A stretch of DNA of 64,000 nucleotides from an uncultured Acidimicrobiales bacterium (GCA_963710495.1 CAVQAI010000012.1:551398-615397), one strand, 5' to 3'. Shown: positions 10,509 to 19,362, counted from the first letter of the stretch. Notes: generated from the letters alone by a model not told the origin. Numbers and translations are program-made.

Positions 10509-11525
10509 CTACCCGACGGTCGTGCGCTCGCTTTGGGCGCCATCGCCGGACGGTCCCGACTCGGAGGGCTCAGACGGCGGTTCGGGCCGCTTGGCCACGA
10601 CTTTGGCGATGCGTCGTTTGTCCATTTCGGTCACCCGCAGCTTCCACCCCTCGACGGACAGCTCCTCCCCCTCGCTCGGGATGTGTCCGAATGCATCGAA
10701 GAGGAAGCCCCCCAGGGTGACGTACTCACCCTCGGGGATGCCGATGTCGAGGCGGTCCCGCACATCATCGACACTCATCCGCCCGTCGAGCAGCCACCGC
10801 CTGGAGTCGACCCGGACCACCTCCTGCTCGTCGCCGGAGTCGAATTCGTCAGGGAGGTCGCCGACCAGGGCGCCGAGCAGGTCCTTCACCGTGAGGACGC
10901 CCTCGACTCCACCATGCTCGTCGACCACCACGGCGAAGGCCCGGTGCTGACGACGCATCTCGGCCAGCACTTCGAGCACCAATTGGGACTCGGGGACGAG
11001 GAAGGGCTGACGGAGGCGCCGCGACAGGTCGAGGGGCGACGGCGCCGGTAACGGTGACGGCGCCGGTGACGGCGTCGGCGGACCTGGGGCGTCAGGCGTC
11101 TCGTTCCCGGTCTGGCGTCCCGTCGACGTCCCGCCGCCATTCCCGGCCCCGCCGACCTTCCAGCCGGCCCGGAAGAGGTCGTTGACGAAGAGGATGCCGA
11201 TGAGCTCGTCGAGGTTGTCACCGCACACCGGGAAGCAGCTGTGGCCCGACTCGCGCACCGCCCGGGTCACCGCCTCCGCCGTCAGCGGGATGGACAGGGC
11301 CACCACGTCCACTCGCGGGGTCATGACCTCGCGCACCGCCGTGTCCCGCAGGTCGTGGAGGGCGTCGACGATGAACTGCTCCTGGGCATCGGCCCCGCTT
11401 CTGCCCCGGCTCCGGTGCTCCGCCCGCCGGCCGCGCTGGCTGTCGGCGGATCGCTCCTTCCGACCGGCCCGGGGTGGCCCACCGTCTGGTGGAGGTTCGT
11501 CCTTCTGGCGCCGGAGGAGGGACAT
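10509..11525 (-). CDS. CBS-pair plus CorC/HlyC-type transporter-associated domain protein (no DUF21 membrane domain)
   Basis: VREVMTPRVDVVAL...ELIGILFVNDL (CBS1), AFAVVVDEHGGVEGVLTVKDLL (CBS2), and a C-terminal CorC_HlyC-like LLDGRMSVDDV...GGFLFDAFGHIPSEGEE. A Gly/Pro/Ser-rich insert separates the CBS modules. Confidence 0.8.
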   Translation of the reverse strand: MSLLRRQKDEPPPDGGPPRAGRKERSADSQRGRRAEHRSRGRSGADAQEQFIVDALHDLRDTAVREVMTPRVDVVALSIPLTAEAVTRAVRESGHSCFPVCGDNLDELIGILFVNDLFRAGWKVGGAGNGGGTSTGRQTGNETPDAPGPPTPSPAPSPLPAPSPLDLSRRLRQPFLVPESQLVLEVLAEMRRQHRAFAVVVDEHGGVEGVLTVKDLLGALVGDLPDEFDSGDEQEVVRVDSRRWLLDGRMSVDDVRDRLDIGIPEGEYVTLGGFLFDAFGHIPSEGEELSVEGWKLRVTEMDKRRIAKVVAKRPEPPSEPSESGPSGDGAQSERTTVG

Positions 11526-11556
11526 GATCGTGACGAAGCCTACGGGAGCGCGGCCG

Positions 11557-12024
11557 TCAGGTCGCGCCGGCCGCGGCGGTGGAGACGACCGGCAGGGGAG
11601 CGTAGGACTCGTCGTGGTAGGTGCCCCCGTCCAGCAGCGCGGTCATGGCTTGGCGCAGCCGAATAGGGTCGAGTGGCTTGACCACCCATCCCTCGGCACC
11701 GGAGCGACGGGCCAAGAAGACGTCGGGTCGGCGGTCGAGCAGCATGAGCACGGGCACATGGCCGAGCTTCCCGTACGATTCCTCCAGGCGGAGCTCGAGG
11801 CACACGGCCATCCCACCCATGTTCCCCATCTGCAGGTCGACTACGACGAGATCGGGAAGGGACTCGGCACATTCCCGCATCACCTCGGGCCCCGAGCGCG
11901 CCTGGCCGATGGTCACCTCCGGTCGGGCGGCGATCGATATCACCTCGGCGCGGACGGTGGGGGCGTCGCTAGCCACGAGGATGGTCGGCACGCCGACCAG
12001 GCTAGCGCCCTTGGTGGTCGCCAC
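11557..12024 (-). CDS. single-domain response regulator (receiver only)
   Basis: ILVASD...DLVVVDLQMGNMGG...VLMLLDR...GWVVKPLD. The GTG start at 12024 overlaps the upstream ArsA-like stop by 23 nt. An alternative GTG lies at 11991. Confidence 0.75.
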   Translation of the reverse strand: MATTKGASLVGVPTILVASDAPTVRAEVISIAARPEVTIGQARSGPEVMRECAESLPDLVVVDLQMGNMGGMAVCLELRLEESYGKLGHVPVLMLLDRRPDVFLARRSGAEGWVVKPLDPIRLRQAMTALLDGGTYHDESYAPLPVVSTAAAGAT

Positions 12025-13159
12025 TTCTCGACGAGAACGGGGCCCGAGGCTGCCCGGGTCGCTCGGGGAACAGGAGCCCGGCCACCGTGGTCAGGCCGTC
12101 GAGGTTGTGCACGTCACCGTTGAGCAGCGGGATCCGGTAGACGGGGGCGGGTGCCACCGAGGACACCAGGTCGGCATAGGCCTGCTCTTCACGGTCCGAG
12201 GCGGCCGTATAGCCGCGGAGGTTCTCGACCAGCTGCCCGAGAGGGCCGTCGGGGTCCACGTCCGAACGTTCCTCGAGGACGGCGAGCTCGGCGTCCTGGG
12301 CGAAACGGGGTTGGACCCGGTTGACGATGAGCCCGGCCACCGACATCCGCGATTCGGCCAGCTTGCCGGCGAAGTGCACGGCCTCCTCCACCGAGTCGGT
12401 TCGGGGCGAGGCGACCAGGACGAAGGCCGTGTCCTCCTGGGTCAGCAGCTGCCGGACACGTGCCGCGCGGGTGCGAAAGCCCTCCTCCATCCCCTCGAAG
12501 GCCTGGAAGAAGGCCACCGCGTCGTGCACGATCTCGGCCCCGGCCACGCGGGAGATGGTGCGCAGCAGGGCTTGGGCCGCCACCCCCATGAACTTGAGGC
12601 CGGCCCGGGTCGGCTTCATCAACGCTTGGAACACCCGGTTCTCGAGGAAGCGGGTGAGCCGGCGGGGGGCGTCGAGGAAGTCCAGGGCGTTGCGAGTCGG
12701 GGGAGTGTCCACCACTACCAGGTCGAACCCGCCTTCCTCGACCAGCTCGTAGAGCTTCTCCATGGCCATGTACTCCTGGGTGCCCGACAGTGAGCCGGTG
12801 AGATTGCGGTAGATGCGGTTGACCTTGATGTCCTCCGCCTGCTCGGCGGTGTCCGAATACCGCTGGACCAGATCGTCGAAGGTGCTCTTGGGGTCGAGCA
12901 TCAGTGCCGAGAGCCGTCCGGGCCAGGGCCCGTCGATCACCGTGGGTTGGTTGGCCAGCGTGCCGACGCCCAGTGCATCGGCCAGGCGTCGGGCGGGGTC
13001 GATGGTGACCACGCAGGCGGAGCGGCCCAACCTGGCGGCCTCCAGGGCCAGGGCCGCGGCCGTGGTCGTCTTCCCGACGCCGCCGGAACCACAGCAGATG
13101 ATGATGGACCGCTCGAGGACCAGCTCCTCGATGCCCGACCCCTTGCCCTCCGTCGTCAC
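12002..13159 (-). CDS. ArsA/Get3-family ATPase (longer paralog, 385 aa)
   Basis: P-loop CCGSGGVGKTTTAAALA and DVVVVDTPPT. The 385-aa length matches the longer member of the paired ATPases I recall next to whiB4 in mycobacteria. Confidence 0.85.
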   Translation of the reverse strand: MTTEGKGSGIEELVLERSIIICCGSGGVGKTTTAAALALEAARLGRSACVVTIDPARRLADALGVGTLANQPTVIDGPWPGRLSALMLDPKSTFDDLVQRYSDTAEQAEDIKVNRIYRNLTGSLSGTQEYMAMEKLYELVEEGGFDLVVVDTPPTRNALDFLDAPRRLTRFLENRVFQALMKPTRAGLKFMGVAAQALLRTISRVAGAEIVHDAVAFFQAFEGMEEGFRTRAARVRQLLTQEDTAFVLVASPRTDSVEEAVHFAGKLAESRMSVAGLIVNRVQPRFAQDAELAVLEERSDVDPDGPLGQLVENLRGYTAASDREEQAYADLVSSVAPAPVYRIPLLNGDVHNLDGLTTVAGLLFPERPGQPRAPFSSRSGDHQGR

Positions 13160-13181
13160 GGTGCCGGGCGGCCGGGCGCCG

Positions 13182-14201
13182 TCACGAGGACACGCCGGCC
13201 GCGTCGGGAAGGGCCACCATGCCCTGGGCCAGGGCGTCGCTCAACGTCTCGAGCTCGGGAGGGCCGATCGAATCGGTGAAGAGGAAGGGCACGCGCAACT
13301 GGGGCAGCGGCAACTGGTGGGCCAACCGCTCCATCTCCCCGCGTTGGAGCTCCTGACGGGTGAGGCGGAAACGCCGGGCCTGCTCCAGTGAGGAGATGAG
13401 GTGGTCGGGGAGCGGGACCCCCGCCTCTTCGGCCGCCCGCCTGGCCGGCGTGGTCAGCCCGTCCAGGTCGGGGTAGCACCCGTTGACGATCACCGGGCCG
13501 AGGGCGATCCCGACCTTGTCCTCGAGCTGGTAGGCGGCCTCGACCGCCTCGTTGACCGGCATCTCCTCGGGCAGGGTGACCAGCGCCACCTGGCACCGCG
13601 CCGGGTCGGACAGGAGGGCGACCACGTCGGCGGCTTGGGTGCGGATCGGACCGCTGCGGGCGGCGTCGAGGAGGCCGGTGGCCGACGACAGGAAGGTCAT
13701 GGTGTGGCCGGTGGCCGGGGCGTCGACCAGGACCAGGTCGGCCAAGCGGCTCCGCTCGATCTGCTTGACCTTGCCGAGGACCAGGATGTCCCGGATCCCG
13801 GGGATGGCCCCGGCGACCAGGTCCACGATCCCCGAGGCCATGAGGCGCTTGGACACCCGCCGCAGGCCGTGCTCGGCCAGGTACTCGAGGAGGGCGTCGT
13901 CGGGGGTGATGACCCGGGCCCGGACCGTGCCGGCGGGAACGGGGTCGGAACTCCCCACCGCCCCTGCCCCGTCGCTCTCGGCGCCGGCCGCCGCCAGCAC
14001 CGCTCCGTCGTAGTCGAGAGGTTCGGTGTGCCCGAAGGCACTGGCCACCCCCGGCCGCCCCTCGAGCTCGACGACCAGGACCGAAAGCCCGGCCCGGGCG
14101 GCGGCATGGGCGAGCGCCGCCACCATGGTGGTCTTCCCCACTCCGCCCTTGCCGGCGACGATCAGGACCCGGCTCTGGGTGCAGAAGGCGCTGACGTCCA
14201 T
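13182..14201 (-). CDS. ArsA/Get3-family ATPase (shorter paralog, 339 aa)
   Basis: ORF 13182..14234 trimmed to the ATG at 14201 (MDVSAFCTQSRVLIVAGKGGVGKTT). Also DLVLVDAPATGH. Confidence 0.85.
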   Translation of the reverse strand: MDVSAFCTQSRVLIVAGKGGVGKTTMVAALAHAAARAGLSVLVVELEGRPGVASAFGHTEPLDYDGAVLAAAGAESDGAGAVGSSDPVPAGTVRARVITPDDALLEYLAEHGLRRVSKRLMASGIVDLVAGAIPGIRDILVLGKVKQIERSRLADLVLVDAPATGHTMTFLSSATGLLDAARSGPIRTQAADVVALLSDPARCQVALVTLPEEMPVNEAVEAAYQLEDKVGIALGPVIVNGCYPDLDGLTTPARRAAEEAGVPLPDHLISSLEQARRFRLTRQELQRGEMERLAHQLPLPQLRVPFLFTDSIGPPELETLSDALAQGMVALPDAAGVSS

Positions 14202-14305
14202 GACCCACAGGAGCGTAGTTCCCACCCCCGTCACCCCTTCCTCACCGTCGGTGGGAACGGGCCGTCGACCCCGGTCACCGCCTGGGAATCAAGGCGGGGA
14301 ACGCC

Positions 14306-14331
14306 GGGGAATCCTGCTCACGCCCCTTGTT
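14306..14331 (+). promoter_or_regulatory. candidate SigH/SigR-type promoter upstream of whiB
   Basis: GGGGAAT (14306-14312), a 16-nt spacer, then GTT (14329-14331). It lies about 70-90 nt upstream of the whiB start candidates, and four further GGGAA(C/T)/GGAAC boxes occur within 14255-14340. Confidence 0.25.
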
Positions 14332-14419
14332 TCGCGGAACGGTCGCGAGTACTTTCCGGGGCGGGAGGAAGCCGAGGGGCGTGAAGGGGGAGTTGGGCAA
14401 GGTGGAGCAGACGCCTGAG

Positions 14420-14659
14420 ATGTGGCAGCTCAAAGCGTCGTGTCGTGGGCCGCAGGCGGAGGCCTTCTTTCCGCCGGCCCATGCTGAGCGCAAGGACGAG
14501 AAGGTCCAGCGTGAGGACCGGGCCAAGTCGATCTGCCGGACCTGTCTCGTCCGGCGAGAATGCCTCGACTACGCCATCCGCATCCACGAGCCGCACGGCA
14601 TCTGGGGCGGCCTCAACGAGATGGAGCGCAAGCAGCTGGTGGACCGCCGCGCCGGCTGA
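14420..14659 (+). CDS. WhiB-family transcriptional regulator
   Basis: Four Cys (SCRG...CRTCLVRREC) and the GIWGG motif. ATG 14420 was chosen because GGAG lies 12 nt upstream. Alternative GTG starts at 14381 and 14402 lie within listed ORF 14327..14659. Confidence 0.85.
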   Translation: MWQLKASCRGPQAEAFFPPAHAERKDEKVQREDRAKSICRTCLVRRECLDYAIRIHEPHGIWGGLNEMERKQLVDRRAG

Positions 14660-14698
14660 CCGGAGGTGCCGGCCCGGCGCCGGCTCGCCGGGGTCGGC

Positions 14699-15637
14699 TC
14701 ACTCGAGGCCGAGCGAAGCGGCGGCGGCCCGCACGCCCCGGCTGTTGCAGATGGCGGCCGGATGCCCGCCGGTGGCGATGCAGATCCCCGCCGTCAGGTA
14801 GTTGGCCGAGGCCACCACGGCCTGGCCGATGGGATTGGCCGCCTGGCCGAGGGCGGCGACGATGCTCCCCTGGGACTGGCCCACGAGGATCCCCGGGCTG
14901 AATCCTGACGTCGAGGCGACCATGGCGTTGCCGATGTCGACGAAGGGGAAGGCCCCTGCCTCCGAGCCGCGCTTGACCGGGGGAGTGCCGTAGCGGGCGA
15001 CGAGGGTCGACTGGAGCGGGTTGAGCGTGGCGATCTGGCTGTAGACGCCCTCGGAGTCGACCGCCCCCGAATAGACCTCGATCCCGGTGAACGACAGGTA
15101 ACGGCTGGTGTAGGAGGACCCGACGAAGCTGAAGGTCTGGAGGGCGGGAAAGACCGACGACTGGGACGACTGCATGTTGTTCAGGCGCGAGACGTGGCCG
15201 AAGCGGGACAGGGCGACGATGAGCGGCCATCGTTCGGCGGCGCAGAAGGGGCAGAACTCGGCCCCGACGTAGAGCACCTCCGGTTTCCCGTGGGACTGCA
15301 GTGACGGCTGACCCGAGAGCACGGTCGGCACCGCCAACCGGGTGGTCGGCGCGCTCACGCCGACGGAGTCGAAGACCGAGGAGGGAACTGCGCCGAGGGC
15401 GGCGACGACGTCGCTGGAGGTGGGCGGACGATGGACGGTCCGGGGCGTGGAAGGGGGCCGGGTGAGGGCGTACGTCACCAGGACGACCACGCCGACCAGG
15501 ATGACCACGACGGCGATCCAGGCGATGCGGACGGTGCGGCTCCTCGGCGTCACCTCCGGCGTGGGCCCGCCGTCGTCGGCAGGCAGAGCGGTGCCTGAAC
15601 CGGCCGGATCCCGACCGACCGTGTCCGGGCCGCTCAC
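14699..15637 (-). CDS. DUF929-like membrane-anchored protein with CPFC motif
   Basis: N-terminal anchor RSRTVRIAWIAVVVILVGVVVLVTYAL, then YVGAEFCPFCAAERWPLIVALSRFG. Paralogous to 16166..17482. Confidence 0.8.
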   Translation of the reverse strand: MSGPDTVGRDPAGSGTALPADDGGPTPEVTPRSRTVRIAWIAVVVILVGVVVLVTYALTRPPSTPRTVHRPPTSSDVVAALGAVPSSVFDSVGVSAPTTRLAVPTVLSGQPSLQSHGKPEVLYVGAEFCPFCAAERWPLIVALSRFGHVSRLNNMQSSQSSVFPALQTFSFVGSSYTSRYLSFTGIEVYSGAVDSEGVYSQIATLNPLQSTLVARYGTPPVKRGSEAGAFPFVDIGNAMVASTSGFSPGILVGQSQGSIVAALGQAANPIGQAVVASANYLTAGICIATGGHPAAICNSRGVRAAAASLGLE

Positions 15638-15661
15638 GAGGCCGTCGATCGTCCGATGCCC

Positions 15662-16147
15662 CTAGTCCTCGGCGCCGGCGCCGCGGTAGGCCCGGTCAGC
15701 AAGGGGGTGGTCCGAGCTGAGCAACACCGGGGAAGCGGTCACGATGATGACGAACAGGAGAAACGTGGCGACGTGGACCGAGGAGCACCACAGGCAGATG
15801 GCCTTGATGATGAACAATTCGGCGATGAGCAGGTAGAGGATCATGCCCACGCCGATGATGGCCAGACCCAGCCGGGCTAGGTGGACCCGGCGGTCGGTCG
15901 AGCGCCACGCCACCGGCAGGCAGAGCAGCAGCATCGGTACGAAGTAGAGGAGGCCGAGCATGGCCACCGGAATGCCGAGGATGACCGACTGGGGGCTGGT
16001 GGTCACCTTGGCGCAATTGATGGCCCCGGAGTCGGAGCAGACCAGGGCCACCTTGTCGAAGTGGGTGATGGTCAGGTAGACCGACACCCCCAGCCCGAAG
16101 GCGGCCAGCAGCAGCGTGGCCAGGGGCTGCCATCGGAGTGAGGACAC
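15662..16147 (-). CDS. vitamin K epoxide reductase (VKOR) family protein
   Basis: Multi-TM 161-aa protein. Loop Cys pair VCSDSGAINC and active-site CLWC in the last helices. Confidence 0.88.
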   Translation of the reverse strand: MSSLRWQPLATLLLAAFGLGVSVYLTITHFDKVALVCSDSGAINCAKVTTSPQSVILGIPVAMLGLLYFVPMLLLCLPVAWRSTDRRVHLARLGLAIIGVGMILYLLIAELFIIKAICLWCSSVHVATFLLFVIIVTASPVLLSSDHPLADRAYRGAGAED

Positions 16148-16165
16148 GGTGATCGCCCGTGCGGG

Positions 16166-17482
16166 TCAGCCCAGTTTGAGGGCCCGGGACGCCGCCTGGA
16201 CCCCGGAGCTCTGGCAGACCGACGCCGGCGCGCCCTTGGTGGAGGCGCAGATGGCCGCGCTGATGTAGTTGGCCGTGGCCACGATGGCCTGGGTCGCCGG
16301 GTTGGTGGGATCGCTGAGCCCGCCGGCGATCTGCGACCACGATTGGCCGGCCAGGATGCCGGGGCTGTAGCTGGCTCCGGAGATGATGGCCACGTTGTTG
16401 ATGTCCACGAAGGGGAAGGAGATGCCCCCCTGGGTGGTGGCGTTGGGGTTGTACTTGGAGCTGCTGTACTTGGTCAGGATCGCCTGTTCCTCGGCCGTCG
16501 GCGTCTGCAAGGTGGTGAACCCGCTCGTGCCGCCCGAGGTCGGGATGTTGGAGTACTGCTCGATGCCGCTGAAGGTGATGTTGGGGCTGGTGAAGGTGGC
16601 CCCGTAGTAGCTGAAGGTGTTGGTCTGGGGGAAGACGTCGCTGTGGGACGAGGCGGTCACCTTCAGACCCGACCAGGTGCCGAAGCGCGACAGGGCGGCG
16701 GTCAAGGCCCAGCGCTCGGCCGCGCAATAGGGGCAGTACTCGGCGCCGTAGTAGAGCATGGCCGGCGACTTGCCCCCCAACGTCATGGGCGGCTGGTTGC
16801 TCAGGATTGTGGGGGGGCTCACCGGCACCTGCGGCGAGTTCACCCCGACCGTGTTGAAGACCGACGCCGGAATGGTGGTCACCTTGTCGACCACGGAGGC
16901 GGGGGCGGCAACCGTCGGGGTATAGGAGTTGTCGGTCGAGGTCCCGGTCGCCTTCACGATGACCAGCACGACGACGACCACGACCACCAGGCCCACGGCC
17001 CCCCAGGCCATCATGGCCCCCGAGAGGCGGCGACCGGCGGGCACGGACGGGGCCGGCCGGGACGACGGCCGTGGTGGACGGGGCGTGTTTCCCCCTCGGC
17101 CCGTTGACGCGGCCTTCGTCGGTTCCTTGGCCCGGCCGGGCTTCGCTCCGGCCGATTTTCCGGTCTTGCCCCCCGGGGACTTGGTGGTGACCGCTCGGCT
17201 CTGGGCGCGGCTGCGGTCCTTGGCGCTCTGACCTCCCGTGCCGGACGCGTTCTGCGGCTTGGGCCGGTTCCCCCCGTCTTGGTCTTGTCCTGTTCGGGTG
17301 CCATCAGTGCGAGGGTCCTCGATCCGATCTTCTGGGTCGACCGAGCGTAACGTGTCGGACGGGGCCCCCGTGGTCGGCCGCTCTGGGCCTGGCTGCCGGT
17401 CCGTCCTGCGGGCCCGGCCACCCTTGGCGGCCACCCGGCGTCGGGCCGTGGCAAAGCAGTTCGGCGCCGGTCGGCCCGGCAT
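16166..17482 (-). CDS. DUF929-like membrane-anchored protein with CPYC motif and a long Lys/Arg/Pro-rich N-terminal extension
   Basis: YYGAEYCPYCAAERWALTAALSRFG. TM anchor MMAWGAVGLVVVVVVVLVIV. The start is unresolved: in-frame ATGs at 17482, 17497 and 17566 all abut or overlap the divergent hydrolase ORF. Confidence 0.75.
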   Translation of the reverse strand: MPGRPAPNCFATARRRVAAKGGRARRTDRQPGPERPTTGAPSDTLRSVDPEDRIEDPRTDGTRTGQDQDGGNRPKPQNASGTGGQSAKDRSRAQSRAVTTKSPGGKTGKSAGAKPGRAKEPTKAASTGRGGNTPRPPRPSSRPAPSVPAGRRLSGAMMAWGAVGLVVVVVVVLVIVKATGTSTDNSYTPTVAAPASVVDKVTTIPASVFNTVGVNSPQVPVSPPTILSNQPPMTLGGKSPAMLYYGAEYCPYCAAERWALTAALSRFGTWSGLKVTASSHSDVFPQTNTFSYYGATFTSPNITFSGIEQYSNIPTSGGTSGFTTLQTPTAEEQAILTKYSSSKYNPNATTQGGISFPFVDINNVAIISGASYSPGILAGQSWSQIAGGLSDPTNPATQAIVATANYISAAICASTKGAPASVCQSSGVQAASRALKLG

Positions 17483-17495
17483 ACACTGACCGCCC

Positions 17496-18407
17496 ATGTC
17501 GAACCAGGGGTTGACCGACGGAGTCGGGGATGCAGGCAACGGTGGCGGCGTCGCCCCGGCGGGCACCGTGGTCGGTGTGGGTTCGAGCCAGGCGTCCGTC
17601 GGTGGCCACCGGGTCGGCTACATGGTGGCCGGTTCCGGGCCGGCGGCACTGTTCTTCCACGGCTGGGGGCTGAGCCCCAACGCCTACCGCCGTCCCATCG
17701 AGGCCATGGGCCGCGCCGGTTGCCGGGTGTACGCCCCGGCCCTGCCCGGGTTCGGCGGGACGCCGGAGCTCGCCCCGGAGCAGCGGACCTTCGACGGGTA
17801 TGCCACCTGGGTGGGCGAGTTCCTCGACGCGGTCGGTCAGGACGAGGTGGCGTTGGTGGCCGGCCACTCGTTCGGCGGGGGCGTCGCCACCGCCTTCAGC
17901 CATCAACAGCCCGGCCGGGTGGCGGCCCTCCTGTTGGCCAACGCCATCGGCAGCCCGACGTGGGCGCTCTTCCCCAACGAGGCCCGCACCATGATCCAGC
18001 GCCCGGTCTGGGACTGGGGACGGCACTTCAGCACCGATCTGTTGCAGTCGCCGAGGCTCTTCCGTCTGGCCGCGACCCTGCTCGAGGGCTTCATCCCCAA
18101 CTTGATCACCAACCCACTCGGGATGTTCCGGACCGGTGAGTTCATCCGACGGGCCGACCTGGTCCGCGAGGTGCGGGTCGTCGCCGAGCGCGGTATCCCG
18201 GTCACCGTGGCGTGGTCCGATCGCGACCGGCTGGTGCCCCGGTCGGCCTTCGACGAGCTGCGCCGGGCGGCCGGCGTGGAGGGGGTGGTCGTCGAGGGGG
18301 CGCACGCGTGGCTCATCGCCGACCCGGAGCGTTTCGGGGAGCTCGCCATCAGCGCGCTGGTCGACTCGGGCGTGCTGACCCCGCGTTCAGCGGTCTCCAC
18401 CTCCTGA
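17496..18407 (+). CDS. alpha/beta hydrolase
   Basis: LFFHGWG and nucleophile elbow GHSFGGG. The true start may be an internal GTG at 17568 or 17577. Confidence 0.8.
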   Translation: MSNQGLTDGVGDAGNGGGVAPAGTVVGVGSSQASVGGHRVGYMVAGSGPAALFFHGWGLSPNAYRRPIEAMGRAGCRVYAPALPGFGGTPELAPEQRTFDGYATWVGEFLDAVGQDEVALVAGHSFGGGVATAFSHQQPGRVAALLLANAIGSPTWALFPNEARTMIQRPVWDWGRHFSTDLLQSPRLFRLAATLLEGFIPNLITNPLGMFRTGEFIRRADLVREVRVVAERGIPVTVAWSDRDRLVPRSAFDELRRAAGVEGVVVEGAHAWLIADPERFGELAISALVDSGVLTPRSAVSTS

Positions 18408-18453
18408 CGCCCCCATCGGGGGAGCCATGCGACCCGGCGATAGGGTGCATCGA

Positions 18454-19362
18454 ATGAGCGCATCCCCTCGCGACGCGGCCACCGTCATCCTGGTGCGCGA
18501 CACCGTCGACGAAGGAGGCCAGCCCGACATCGAGGTGTGCATGCTCCGCCGGAACCTGGCCGCCGAGTTCTCGGCCGGGGCCTACGTCTTCCCCGGGGGC
18601 TCGGTGGATGCCGAGGACCGGCACCCGGCCGCCGCCGCCCTTTGCCGCGGCCGCACCGATGCCGAGGCCAGTGCCGTCCTCGGGGTCGACTCGGGAGGCC
18701 TGGCCTTCTGGGTGGCGGCCCTGCGCGAGTGCTTCGAGGAGGCGGGCGTGATGCTGGCGGGCCGCGTGGGCGATTCGGACCGGCCCTCCCCGCCGGATCT
18801 GCGCGACCCGTTGGTGGCCGAGCGCTTCGCCGCCCACCGGCACGCCCTCAACGAGGGACGCATCGGGCTGGTCGAGATGTGCAAGCGGGAGGAACTGGTG
18901 CTGGCGGCCGACACGCTCCACTACGTCAGCCACTGGATCACGCCCCATCTCTCACCCAAGCGCTACGACACCCGGTTCTTCGTCACCGCCGTCCCGCCCG
19001 GACAGGAGGCCGAGCACGACGAGGGTGAGACGATCGCCACCGTCTGGGTGCGGCCCCGGGCCGCCCTGGCGGCCAGTGCCGGGGCGGAGGTCGACCTGCT
19101 CCCGCCGACCCTGGCCAATCTGAGGAACCTGCAGTCGTTCCGGACGACCGACGAGGCGATGGCGTGGGCCGCTGAGGTCACCGACGTGCCCACGGTGTTG
19201 CCCATCGTTCTCATCGAGGACGGCCACGTGCTCATCCTCCGTCCGGGTGACGCCGGCTATGAGGAGGCGGTGGCCGATCTGGAGGCGTCGGGCCAGGCAG
19301 TCGACGAGCAACTGGCGGCCGCCGCCCGCCAGATCTGGGGCCCGAAGGCCCAAGGCGCCTGA
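18454..19362 (+). CDS. NUDIX-family hydrolase
   Basis: ORF 18427..19362 trimmed to the ATG at 18454 (MSASPRDAATVILV). Nudix-box-like FPGGSVD...ALRECFEEAGV. Confidence 0.7.
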   Translation: MSASPRDAATVILVRDTVDEGGQPDIEVCMLRRNLAAEFSAGAYVFPGGSVDAEDRHPAAAALCRGRTDAEASAVLGVDSGGLAFWVAALRECFEEAGVMLAGRVGDSDRPSPPDLRDPLVAERFAAHRHALNEGRIGLVEMCKREELVLAADTLHYVSHWITPHLSPKRYDTRFFVTAVPPGQEAEHDEGETIATVWVRPRAALAASAGAEVDLLPPTLANLRNLQSFRTTDEAMAWAAEVTDVPTVLPIVLIEDGHVLILRPGDAGYEEAVADLEASGQAVDEQLAAAARQIWGPKAQGA

